From an uncultured Spirochaetales bacterium (GTDB taxonomy: Bacteria; Spirochaetota; Spirochaetia; Treponematales; JBGSOB01), in NCBI GenBank assembly GCA_964470375.1, contig CAYYCP010000006.1:524-64523 (forward strand): a stretch of 64,000 nucleotides of DNA, given 5' to 3'. Positions 15,738 to 24,467 of this stretch are shown here, piece by piece (positions within the stretch are counted from its first letter, which is position 1; each line of letters starts with the position of its first letter). The position numbers were made by a program, and so were the translations under genes. The notes under the pieces are model-generated. The model was given only the letters and a program-made list of their open reading frames with translations. It was not told where the DNA came from and ran no database searches.

Positions 15738-16219
15738 CCATAGAATTCACCCTCAACGGTCGACGAGTGTCGGCCCAGGCCGATCCGGCCGAGCGGCTTT
15801 CCGATTTCCTCCATGACCGCCTAGGCACGCTGAGTGTCCGGCGCGGTTGCGGTTCCGGGCGTTGCGGCTCCTGCTTGGTCCTCATGGACGGCAAGGCCGT
15901 CCCCTCCTGCCTGATACCCTCATTCCGCGCCCGCGGCTCGTCCATCATAAGCTACGAGGGCCTGCTTGAGCTCCCGGATTTCCAAGATGTCCTGGCCGGC
16001 TTCGCCCAGGCCGGGGTGAGAGCTTGTGAATTCTGTCTGCCGGGCAAGTCCGTCCTGGCAGTTTATCTCCTGGGCAGCCTCCAGGACGCCGACCGTGCCG
16101 GAATCCTCTCCGCCCTGGCTGGAGTCGCCTGCCGCTGCACGGACGCGGAAACCCTTGCCCGAGGCGTGGAAGCCGCCATGGACTTCCGGCGCGAGAGGTT
16201 GTATGGCCCCCCCGTCTGA
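15734..16219 (+). CDS. (2Fe-2S)-binding small subunit of the XDH/CODH family
   Basis: CGSGRCGSC...C (C-x4-C-x2-C-x11-C) and CEFC...CRC cluster motifs are both intact. ATGA overlap with the large subunit. Confidence 0.88.
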   Translation: MTIEFTLNGRRVSAQADPAERLSDFLHDRLGTLSVRRGCGSGRCGSCLVLMDGKAVPSCLIPSFRARGSSIISYEGLLELPDFQDVLAGFAQAGVRACEFCLPGKSVLAVYLLGSLQDADRAGILSALAGVACRCTDAETLARGVEAAMDFRRERLYGPPV

Positions 16220-17048
16220 CGCATGGGTCTACTCCCCTCGCAGCCTGGCCGAGGCCCTGGACGCCTATGCCCGCAATCCCGGCGCCCTGGTCATCGCCGG
16301 CGGCACGGCCCTTTTCCGCAGGGTCGCATCGTGCCGTCTGCCCAGCTCCGGGCCCGTCATCCCTCTTTCCGGCATCGATGAGCTGCGCCAGGTCAACCGC
16401 ACCGAGCGCTACCTCGATCTGGGCGCCTGCCTCAGCCTGGCCGACCTCATCGGCTTGGGTCCGCGCATTGTCCCAGCGATTCTCCTGGAGGCGGCCGGCA
16501 AGGTCGGCCGTGCTCCCATCCGAAGTCTGGCTACAATCGGTGGCAACCTTTGCGTACGGGAAAGACGCATGGATCTGCATCCGGTGCTCTCCTGCCTTGA
16601 CGCACAGGCCGAACTCAGGTGCGCATCCGGTAGCCGCTGGGTGCCCGCGGCCAGGCTGCCCCTCGCCGAGGCCGACTCCTCAGCGCCGCGAGCAGAGCTC
16701 CTCGTCCGGGTGCGCGTACCTCTGGAGAACTGGAATGTAGCCTTCTTCGCCAAGCTCGGCGGCAAGGATGCTCCGGACGTGGACGATTTTGCCTTCGTCT
16801 TCCTGGCCAAGGCCGCCCGGGGCATCCTTTCGGATGCGCGGGTCTGCCTGTCCGGCCAAAGCGTATTGCGCCGTCGCGACCTGGAGAGCGGCCTTTCCGG
16901 GAAGAACCTGCCCCTCGCCCGGACCGAGGTCGATTCAGCCTTGGAGGCCTACGCCGAATCGGCCCGAGGCGATGTCGTCATCCCTAGTCTCAGGCGGGCC
17001 CAGTTCATCTCATTGCTTCGGGGGGCCCTTCGCTCCCTGACAGGCTGA
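16203..17048 (+). CDS. FAD-binding (medium) subunit of the XDH/CODH family
   Basis: WVYSPRSLAEALDAYARNPGALVIAGGTALF...IRSLATIGGNL. ATG 16203 chosen; the ORF-track extension to 16026 overlaps the Fe-S subunit. Confidence 0.8.
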   Translation: MAPPSDAWVYSPRSLAEALDAYARNPGALVIAGGTALFRRVASCRLPSSGPVIPLSGIDELRQVNRTERYLDLGACLSLADLIGLGPRIVPAILLEAAGKVGRAPIRSLATIGGNLCVRERRMDLHPVLSCLDAQAELRCASGSRWVPAARLPLAEADSSAPRAELLVRVRVPLENWNVAFFAKLGGKDAPDVDDFAFVFLAKAARGILSDARVCLSGQSVLRRRDLESGLSGKNLPLARTEVDSALEAYAESARGDVVIPSLRRAQFISLLRGALRSLTG

Positions 17049-17059
17049 GGAGGCTCACC

Positions 17060-17773
17060 CTGAAGGATCGTCCGCGCCTCTTCCTGGCGCCCAGCCCGCT
17101 CTGGCCCGAGGCCGAAGTCCTCGAGTCCCTGCCTCCATCCACCATTGCGGTCCTGCGCGACCTCGCGGACTTTGTTGTGGAAAACGAGCGCAGCGCCCTT
17201 CGCTTCCTTTCGCGGATATTGGACCGCGAAGCCATGGTGACCGTCTCCATGGCCATCCTTGATGAACATACCCGCCCTGAGGCGCTGTCAGCCCTTTTGG
17301 AGCCCCTGCGCCAGGGCCGCGACATAGCCCTGCTCTCCGAAGCCGGCTGCCCGGGCGTGGCAGATCCCGGCGCCGGCTTGGTGCGGGCCGCCCACGACCA
17401 GGGCTTCCAGGTCATTCCCCTCCTGGGCTCCTCGGCCATAGCCCTGGCGGTGATGGCCTCTGGCATGAATGGCCAGGCCTTCCGCTTTCACGGCTACCTG
17501 CCGCGCGAGCGCGGCGCCCGCGTCAAGGCCCTGCGCGCTCTGGAACGGGCCGCCCTCGAGCGCGGCGAGACTCAGGTCTTCATAGAAACCCCCTACCGCA
17601 ACACGGCCATGCTGGCCGATATATCCCGCTGCCTCCGCCCAAGCACACGGGTATGCGCCGTCTGGGGTCTTGGATCCCCCTTCCAGGGCGTGGCCAGCCT
17701 GCCGGCCGCCAGCCTGGGCGGCCTGGCCGAGCGAATAGGCAAGGCTCCCTGCACCTTTCTCATCGGCGCCTGA
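17060..17773 (+). CDS. TP_methylase-fold SAM-dependent methyltransferase (RsmI-related family); start probably CTG
   Basis: The protein reads RLFLAPSPLWPE...FVVENERSALRFL, then LSEAGCPGVADPGAGLV and PLLGSSAIALAVMASGMNGQAFRFHGYLP, ending FIETPYRN. The first canonical start (GTG 17177) would delete the conserved N-terminus. In-frame CTG codons lie at 17045 (CTGA with the upstream stop) and 17060 (GAGGAGG SD 6 nt upstream). Confidence 0.75.
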   Translation: MKDRPRLFLAPSPLWPEAEVLESLPPSTIAVLRDLADFVVENERSALRFLSRILDREAMVTVSMAILDEHTRPEALSALLEPLRQGRDIALLSEAGCPGVADPGAGLVRAAHDQGFQVIPLLGSSAIALAVMASGMNGQAFRFHGYLPRERGARVKALRALERAALERGETQVFIETPYRNTAMLADISRCLRPSTRVCAVWGLGSPFQGVASLPAASLGGLAERIGKAPCTFLIGA

Positions 17774-17845
17774 GACCTCCTTCACCGGCAGCAGCTCCGT
17801 CACCCTTGACGGCTCCAGTCCGCCTGTAGAAAATAATTGTAGGTT

Positions 17846-18628
17846 ATGACCAACGCGTTGCATCCGGCGGAGAAGGTCACCTTCTCGCCTTTTGTCATCA
17901 AGAAGACCGGATTACAGCAAGCCACCCTGACTCTGGGGAATTACTCGCTGATCTGCATCCCCATCATCGCCGATAAGGAGCAGATCAGCCTCCTGGCCGC
18001 CCTCTCCAAGGATGAGATCTCCTTCTTCCAGTCCTTCAACGGGTCTTTCGGCGGTCTCAGCATGGTTTTCAGCTCTAGAAATCCCGGCCAACCCTTCAAG
18101 CTCTTCGCCCGCTGCGAGATCCGCGCTATCGCGGCCATGGCCGGCCGCGAGAACGCCGCCCGAATCGAGGCCGCCTTCCGCCCCTGCCCCAACGACCTCA
18201 TCCGCATCCTGGGCGAATACCAGCTCACCCTCATGCGCCTCAAGGCCGAGCAGGATGATTATCGAGACAAACCGGTACGCATAACGCCCGAGAGCGCGCG
18301 CGAAATGGGTTATAACAATTACGCCGTTCTCACCCGAGGCGTCAGCCAATTCAAAACAGCCCTTTACTCACTGTCCACCAAGGCTTGCGAGCTCCTCCTG
18401 CCCATGCATACCCCGGATATTCAGACTCCCGAGACTTGCTCACTGAAGCTCTTTTTCCAGCGCTACCAATTCTCGGTCCAGGGCCGCATCGGCGATTCCG
18501 CCCGCCTTCCCAGCGGCGTGCTGAAGCTCAAGCTTGATTTGTCCTTCTCGCCTGAGTTGGTGGAAATCCTCGGAAGCTACTTCATCCAGTCCAGGTTCAA
18601 CCGCCGCTCGGGCGCCCAAACGGGCTGA
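17846..18628 (+). CDS. Hypothetical cytoplasmic protein (very weak PilZ-like resemblance in the C-terminal half)
   Basis: 260-aa ORF with coding-like composition. I recognise no family motif with confidence. Confidence 0.55.
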   Translation: MTNALHPAEKVTFSPFVIKKTGLQQATLTLGNYSLICIPIIADKEQISLLAALSKDEISFFQSFNGSFGGLSMVFSSRNPGQPFKLFARCEIRAIAAMAGRENAARIEAAFRPCPNDLIRILGEYQLTLMRLKAEQDDYRDKPVRITPESAREMGYNNYAVLTRGVSQFKTALYSLSTKACELLLPMHTPDIQTPETCSLKLFFQRYQFSVQGRIGDSARLPSGVLKLKLDLSFSPELVEILGSYFIQSRFNRRSGAQTG

Positions 18629-18655
18629 GCCTTGAATTCCCAACGACCGCTGTTC

Positions 18656-21600
18656 TCAACCCGTCGCCAGAGCCTGGAGCTTTTCCCTGATGTACTCGCT
18701 TTTTTCCTTGAGGCCTATGGCCCCGGTGGCCAGGATGATGGCATTCGGCCGCTCCGGATCCAGCTTCACTCTATCGGGTGACTCGCGCATCATGCGCAGA
18801 AGGCGATCCACCGACACTGACGCGACCCGTGAGAACTCCACCCGGACCAGGCCGTTACGCTCTCGCAGGCTTGAGATGCCCATGCGCCTGCAGATGATAC
18901 GGATCTCGGCCAGGGAGAGGAGGCTGGCCAACTCATCGGGCACCGGCCCGAAGCGATCCTCGAGCTCAGCATACAGCTGATCCAATTCCTCCTGGGCGGA
19001 CACTCCGGCTATCTTTTTATAGACTTCCATCTTGACCATCGGTACGGGTATATAGTCGTCAGGGATGTATCCCGAATATTCCAGCTCCAGGTAGGCCTCC
19101 TCCTCCTCGCGCCAATTATCGTCCGAGAGCTTGCGTACGGCCTCGTCCAATAGACGAAGGTACATCTCGAAACCTACCGCGTAGACGTCGCCGGACTGTT
19201 CGGCCCCCAGGAGATTGCCGGCCCCGCGCACTTCCAAGTCTTTCATGGCGATTTTAAATCCCGATCCCAACTCGGTGAAGTCCGAAACGATCTGCAGGCG
19301 CTTCATGGCCAGCTCGGAGAGGGCCCGGCCTCCCGGATAGAGGAGGTAGGCGAAGGCTACCCGGTCCGAGCGGCCCACCCGGCCGCGCAGCTGATACAGT
19401 TGCGAGATTCCGAACATGTCAGCTCGATCGATGATGATGGTGTTGACATTGGGTATGTCGATCCCGTTCTCGATGATGGTGGTGGATACCAGCACCTGGA
19501 AGCCGCCGTGGATGAAGCGGTGCATGACGTCTTCCAGCTCCTCGCCGTCCATTTGGCCGTGAGCGCTCTCGACCATGACCTCCGGCACCAGGGCCCGCAC
19601 CCGCCGACAGGCTTCATCCAAGTCCTCCACCCGATTGTGGAGGAAGAACACCTGGCCACCCCGGGCGCACTCCCGGCGGATGGCCTCGGCCACCAGCTCC
19701 TCCGAGTACTCCTCTATGATCGTCTGCACCGGATGCCGGTTCATGGGCGCGCTTGCCAGCAAGGACATGTCGCGGACCTTGAGCAGGGACATATGAAGGG
19801 TGCGCGGGATGGGCGTGGCCGTCAGGGTCAGGCAGTCTACGCTGGCCTTCAGTTCCTTGAGCCTCTCCTTGTCCTTGACCCCGAAGCGCTGCTCTTCGTC
19901 CACGACCAGGAGACCCAGGTCGCGGAAGCGGATGTCGCGCTGCAGGATGCGATGGGTTCCCACCAGCAGATCCACGTCCCCGCGCTCCAGCCGGGCCAAA
20001 ATCTCCCTCTGCTCGCGCCGCTCCACCAGCCTTGAGAGCATGGCGATACGCACCGGGAATTTGGAGAAGCGTTCCACAAAGTTCTCGTAGTGCTGTTCGG
20101 CCAGGATGGTCGTGGGGGCCAGGAAGGCCACCTGCTTACCTCCCATGACCGCCTTGAAGCAGGCCCGCATGGCCACCTCGGTTTTGCCGAACCCCACATC
20201 CCCGCACACCAGCCGGTCCATGGGCGCGGGCCGCTCCATGTCGGCCTTTATCTCCTCCACACAGCGCAGCTGGTCTTCCGTCTCCTCGAAGGGGAAGCCG
20301 GCCTCGAAGGCTGTCTGCCAATCCGAGTCGGCCGGAAAGGCGAATCCCTTGCTGGCCTTGCGCCTGGAATACAGTCGGATCAGTCGCTCGGCTATGTCGC
20401 GCACCGAGCTCTTCACCCGGGCTTTGCGCTTTTCCCAGCTCTTCGAGCCTATTTGGTCCAGGCGTGGTTCGGCGCCCTCGGCGCCTATGTAACGCTGGAC
20501 CAGGTTGACCTGCTCTATGGGTATGAAAACCGTCTCCTCATCGGCATAGAGGAGTTTGACATAGTCACGCTCGTTGCCGCCGGCCCTCAGGCGCTCTATG
20601 CCCATGAAGCGGCCGATGCCGTAGTTGACGTGGACGACGGAATCCCCGGGATTGAGCTCGATGAAAGAGTCGATGGCTACAGAACGGGCTTGGTGGACTG
20701 ATCGGGCGACGCGCTTCTTGCGCCCGAAGATCTCCCCCTCCTGGATCACCAGGAGGCTGATCGCGGGGATTCCGAAGCCGGCCGAAAGGCCATGGGGCAG
20801 GATCCGCACGCGCGGATCGCCCAGCATGGCCGAGATGCGCTCGGCCTGTATCTCCGTCTCAGCGAACAGGAGGACCTGGGTGCCTGAGTCCAGGATGCCG
20901 GCCAGCTCTTGGCGGAAGTAATCCAGGTTGCCGAAGAAGGAGCGCGGGCCGTCGCAATCGAAATCAAGGCGCCCGCTTTCACGCGTGCGCAGCCCGCGCA
21001 GGCGCACCGCCTTGGCTAAGCCCGCGCAGACAGCTTTGAAATCCAATAACAGAACAGAGGGCGGAGGCAGGTCGCGCTCCATACTCGCCTTGGCGTGCAG
21101 CCCGCGGTACTCGTGGGCCAGGGCATCCCGGGCATTCTCCTGGCGATCATAATCCGTGAACATGACCAGGCCCTCAGGACCCAGGTACTCCACTACGCTG
21201 GATGCGCGCCGGCAGGCCAGGGGGAAGAAGAATTCCTCACCGCGCGCCTCGCCCTCAGCCCGGAGCTCTTCCAGGATGCCGCTGCCCCTGCGCGGGTAGG
21301 TTTTTTCATCAGCGAGGGCCTCCTCCAGGCGGGACAGCTCCTTCGGCCCCCAGACGAGCTCCTTCAGGGGGTAGATGCCCACTGCCTCGACCTTGGCGGT
21401 GGTGGCCTGGCTCATGGCATCGAAACGCTTGATGGAGGCGATGCGGTCGTAGTCAAGGCTCACCCGCACGGCGTCATCGTCGGCCGGCATCCAGATGTCC
21501 AGGACCTCCCCGCGCAGCGCGAATTCTCCGTGTACCGACACCCTCGGGACCCTTAGGTAGCCATAGCCGGCCAGCCTTCCGGCCACCTCCTCCGGGTCGA

Positions 21601-22048
21601 TCTCCTGTCCCTTCTTCAGTTGAAAGCAAAGACGACCGAAGTCCTCAGGCGAAGGCAGGGGCGATAGGAAGGCCCGCTCCGGGCAGATGAGGACCCGGCA
21701 TTCTCCGGTTTTAAGGCGGGCCAGGGCTCGCGAACGGGCGGCGAAGACCGGCGACCTGGGCGAGCAGGGCTTGTAGGGGATGGTCTGCCACCAGGGCAGT
21801 ATTTCCGCCTGGATCTCTGCGAATTCCAGGTCGCGGGCTAGGTCCTCGGCCTCCTCCGACCCGGGCACGACCACCAGGAGGGGCTTGCCGCGCGCGGCCG
21901 CCTCAGCCGCCAGGAAGGCCGGCAAGGAGCCCTGAACCCCCTCGACGTCGATAGCCTTTTCGTCGGATGATAGGAATTCCAGGTAGCGCCGGTAGGGTTT
22001 CCACCCGGAAAAGAGGGTGCGGATATCGTTTGCCCGTAAGGATTCCAT
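18656..22048 (-). CDS. mfd: Transcription-repair coupling factor
   Basis: 1130 aa. It carries a helicase core (CGDVGFGKTEVAM, VVDEEQRFG, TATPIPRT) and the TRG/translocation region (ISQLYQLRGRVGRS), with a UvrB-homology N-terminus. Confidence 0.93.
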   Translation of the reverse strand: MESLRANDIRTLFSGWKPYRRYLEFLSSDEKAIDVEGVQGSLPAFLAAEAAARGKPLLVVVPGSEEAEDLARDLEFAEIQAEILPWWQTIPYKPCSPRSPVFAARSRALARLKTGECRVLICPERAFLSPLPSPEDFGRLCFQLKKGQEIDPEEVAGRLAGYGYLRVPRVSVHGEFALRGEVLDIWMPADDDAVRVSLDYDRIASIKRFDAMSQATTAKVEAVGIYPLKELVWGPKELSRLEEALADEKTYPRRGSGILEELRAEGEARGEEFFFPLACRRASSVVEYLGPEGLVMFTDYDRQENARDALAHEYRGLHAKASMERDLPPPSVLLLDFKAVCAGLAKAVRLRGLRTRESGRLDFDCDGPRSFFGNLDYFRQELAGILDSGTQVLLFAETEIQAERISAMLGDPRVRILPHGLSAGFGIPAISLLVIQEGEIFGRKKRVARSVHQARSVAIDSFIELNPGDSVVHVNYGIGRFMGIERLRAGGNERDYVKLLYADEETVFIPIEQVNLVQRYIGAEGAEPRLDQIGSKSWEKRKARVKSSVRDIAERLIRLYSRRKASKGFAFPADSDWQTAFEAGFPFEETEDQLRCVEEIKADMERPAPMDRLVCGDVGFGKTEVAMRACFKAVMGGKQVAFLAPTTILAEQHYENFVERFSKFPVRIAMLSRLVERREQREILARLERGDVDLLVGTHRILQRDIRFRDLGLLVVDEEQRFGVKDKERLKELKASVDCLTLTATPIPRTLHMSLLKVRDMSLLASAPMNRHPVQTIIEEYSEELVAEAIRRECARGGQVFFLHNRVEDLDEACRRVRALVPEVMVESAHGQMDGEELEDVMHRFIHGGFQVLVSTTIIENGIDIPNVNTIIIDRADMFGISQLYQLRGRVGRSDRVAFAYLLYPGGRALSELAMKRLQIVSDFTELGSGFKIAMKDLEVRGAGNLLGAEQSGDVYAVGFEMYLRLLDEAVRKLSDDNWREEEEAYLELEYSGYIPDDYIPVPMVKMEVYKKIAGVSAQEELDQLYAELEDRFGPVPDELASLLSLAEIRIICRRMGISSLRERNGLVRVEFSRVASVSVDRLLRMMRESPDRVKLDPERPNAIILATGAIGLKEKSEYIREKLQALATG

Positions 22049-22098
22049 GACCTTCTTCCGAAAATGACGTAGAGCATCTCTAGAGCGGAGCGTGAAAC

Positions 22099-23034
22099 GT
22101 GAAAAGAAGCATGGTCGCCCTTTCCTTGGCCGTTCTGTGTTTGGTCGGCCTGTCCGCGGAAGTGGAATTCAGCGTTCGATTCTTCGACAAGCGCATCTAC
22201 TTCCCTGGCGATCCGGTGCCGATCAAAATCACTATCAAGAACGACTCCGCCCAAGCCTACCGGTTCAAGCTGGCTGACGACAAGATGTACTCCATGCGTA
22301 TCGAGATACGGGACGCCACCAACCGCCAGCTCCCGGTCTCCGAAAGCTTTATCAGAAAACAGTCCCTCAATCAACCTGTGTTTTTCCGCGAACTCAGCCT
22401 CCAGCCCGGCGAGGAGTACTCTTTCATAGAAGACGCGGCCGTCTTCGTCCAGATCGCGGAGCCCGGCTCCTACACCCTCTCCTGCCGCTTCTATCCCGAA
22501 CTCATCCGCGCCGAGGCACGCTCCGAGGGTTTGGCGTCGAACAGCCTCATGCTCCAGGTTCGGCCCCGCTCGGGGATTTCGCCCATAGAGGAGATGGTCA
22601 AGGAGGAGGCCCGCGAGCTCCTCAAAGCGCAGAAGCTGCCCCCGGACGAGGTCGTCCAGCGCACCCTCGAGGCCAGGCAGAAGGGGCTCTGGAACGAGTT
22701 CTTCATCTACCTTGATCTTGAGGGCCTGCTCTCCCGCGATCCGGCCAGGAAGACGGCCTATGACCGCGAATCCGACGAGGGCCGCCGACGCATGGTGGAA
22801 CGCTTCAGGGCCGACCTGATGCGCGGGACGGTGGACCAGGACATCATCACCATACCCTACGATTTCAGTATCATCGACACGAAGTATACGCCCTCAGCCG
22901 GCCAGGTCCGGGTTCTCGAGCGATTCAAGTACCCCGGTTACCTTCAACGCTCGGAATTCACGTATTACCTAAGGCGCAGCGACGACATCTGGTACATCTA
23001 TGATTATTCCGTAACCAATAAGGGCACCGAATGA
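22099..23034 (+). CDS. Hypothetical secreted protein (beta-sandwich-like N-terminus, NTF2/SnoaL-like C-terminus by eye)
   Basis: GTG start with a GGAG SD. Signal peptide MKRSMVALSLAVLCLVGLSA. ATGA overlap with the next gene. Confidence 0.65.
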   Translation: MKRSMVALSLAVLCLVGLSAEVEFSVRFFDKRIYFPGDPVPIKITIKNDSAQAYRFKLADDKMYSMRIEIRDATNRQLPVSESFIRKQSLNQPVFFRELSLQPGEEYSFIEDAAVFVQIAEPGSYTLSCRFYPELIRAEARSEGLASNSLMLQVRPRSGISPIEEMVKEEARELLKAQKLPPDEVVQRTLEARQKGLWNEFFIYLDLEGLLSRDPARKTAYDRESDEGRRRMVERFRADLMRGTVDQDIITIPYDFSIIDTKYTPSAGQVRVLERFKYPGYLQRSEFTYYLRRSDDIWYIYDYSVTNKGTE

Positions 23035-23759
23035 AGGCCTTGCTTTGCATTGCCAGCGACCGGGTGGCCGACATGGCCGCCTACTACCTTCATCCTCTCG
23101 GCTTCGACGTGATCCGCTATCGCAACCCGCTCAAGGCCATGGACAACGTGGACGAGGTGGCCCCTGAAGCCATCATCATGTCCTGCGAGGACTTCCCGCG
23201 CCATTGGAAGCCCTTCGTGCAACTGGTGCGGGCCACCCGCCCCAAGGAGAACTGCGTCTTCATCCTCCTCAAGGGCGAACGATTCGCTTTCGAGGAGGCC
23301 GCCAAGGCCGTCTTCCTGGGGATCAATGGGGTCATCAAGGAGAACCTGGCCGAGTCCCAAGAGCTGGCCCGCTTCCAGCAGATCCTCAAACGCTACCTGC
23401 CGGTGGACGACCAACGGGTTGGAGAGCGTTTCGTGCCCAGTCCCTACGACCGCCTGGACTTCACCTTCTCCCATCCGGAACGGCTCTCGATCATCACCGG
23501 TAAGATCGAATCCATCTCTCTCAAGGCCCTGTCCTTCAAGCCCGATTACGCCGACCTGTGCGCCGACCTCAGGCCCTCCCAGGCCCTGCCCGACTGTTGC
23601 CTACGGGTGGGCGACGACATCCGCGTACTGGCCTGCCGCCTCCTCAGGGCCGGCCACGTCCTAGCCATCGAATTCCCGCCGGATGACGAGGATCTGCGCC
23701 AAGCCCTCTCGGCCTATCTGTCCTCCTACCCCGAACGCCTTCCTAAGACCTTGGATTGA
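23031..23759 (+). CDS. Receiver-like (pseudo-REC) domain protein with a degenerate PilZ-like C-terminal domain
   Basis: The N-terminus has the REC alternation KALLCIASD...EAIIMSCEDFP...VFILLKG...GVIKE, with no clear phospho-Asp. The C-terminus has QRVGERF (RxxxR) followed about 28 aa later by IESISLKALSF in place of D/NxSxxG. Confidence 0.55.
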   Translation: MKALLCIASDRVADMAAYYLHPLGFDVIRYRNPLKAMDNVDEVAPEAIIMSCEDFPRHWKPFVQLVRATRPKENCVFILLKGERFAFEEAAKAVFLGINGVIKENLAESQELARFQQILKRYLPVDDQRVGERFVPSPYDRLDFTFSHPERLSIITGKIESISLKALSFKPDYADLCADLRPSQALPDCCLRVGDDIRVLACRLLRAGHVLAIEFPPDDEDLRQALSAYLSSYPERLPKTLD

Positions 23760-23779
23760 GGTCTTCCTCCCCCCGGCCC

Positions 23780-23807
23780 TTGCCATTCCCCGCGTTCTAC
23801 CGATAAT
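23780..23807 (+). promoter_or_regulatory. Predicted promoter TTGCCA-16-GATAAT, 6 nt before ATG 23814 (leaderless geometry)
   Basis: TTGCCA 23780-23785, GATAAT 23802-23807, then agaggc, then ATG. Confidence 0.5.
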
Positions 23808-23813
23808 AGAGGC

Positions 23814-24425
23814 ATGACCATCAAGAAGGACGTGTACAGCCAGCACGTCAGCACGGTTCCGGCCGGGAAGATCATTTTCTCCGAGGGCGACTTCGGCAGC
23901 GAAATGTACGTCATCATCCAGGGGGAGGTGGAAATATCCAAGCGCACGTCCATGGAGACATCCAAGACCCTGATCGTCCTCAAGAAGGGCGATATCTTCG
24001 GGGAAATGGCGGTGATCGAGCGCAAACCACGCTCGGCCACGGCCATAGCCCTGAGCGATGTAAAGCTCCTTGCCCTGGATCAGTCCCTTTTCTTCTCCAT
24101 GATCGAACGTAACTCGGACTTTGCCGTAAAGGTAGTCAAGGTCCTATCAGAGCGCATCCGCCGCTCAAACAGCCTCATTCAAGCCCTGTCCACATCCAAT
24201 CGCGAGTCCATCATCATGGCCGGTGTTAAGGAATTCAGCTCAACCCACGGAACGGACTCGGTCAAGGGCAGGCGCTTCTCTCGCGACAAGTTCATAGCCT
24301 GGGGAACGAATCATATAGGCCTTTCGGATAAGGAAATACAGGAGGGCATCGCCCACCTCGTATCCCGGGACGTACTGGCCCTGGGGGCGGTTCCGGGTGA
24401 ACTCGTCCTGCCCAAGGGGAAGTGA
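23814..24425 (+). CDS. Cyclic nucleotide-binding (CAP effector) domain protein
   Basis: GKIIFSEGDFGSEMYVIIQGEVEIS...GDIFGEMAVIERKPRSATAIA is the cNMP-binding signature. The C-terminal ~70 aa are unassigned. Confidence 0.8.
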   Translation: MTIKKDVYSQHVSTVPAGKIIFSEGDFGSEMYVIIQGEVEISKRTSMETSKTLIVLKKGDIFGEMAVIERKPRSATAIALSDVKLLALDQSLFFSMIERNSDFAVKVVKVLSERIRRSNSLIQALSTSNRESIIMAGVKEFSSTHGTDSVKGRRFSRDKFIAWGTNHIGLSDKEIQEGIAHLVSRDVLALGAVPGELVLPKGK

Positions 24426-24467
24426 GCTCCCCCAGTCCCTTAAGTTCCCCATAATCCGGTACAGCCC

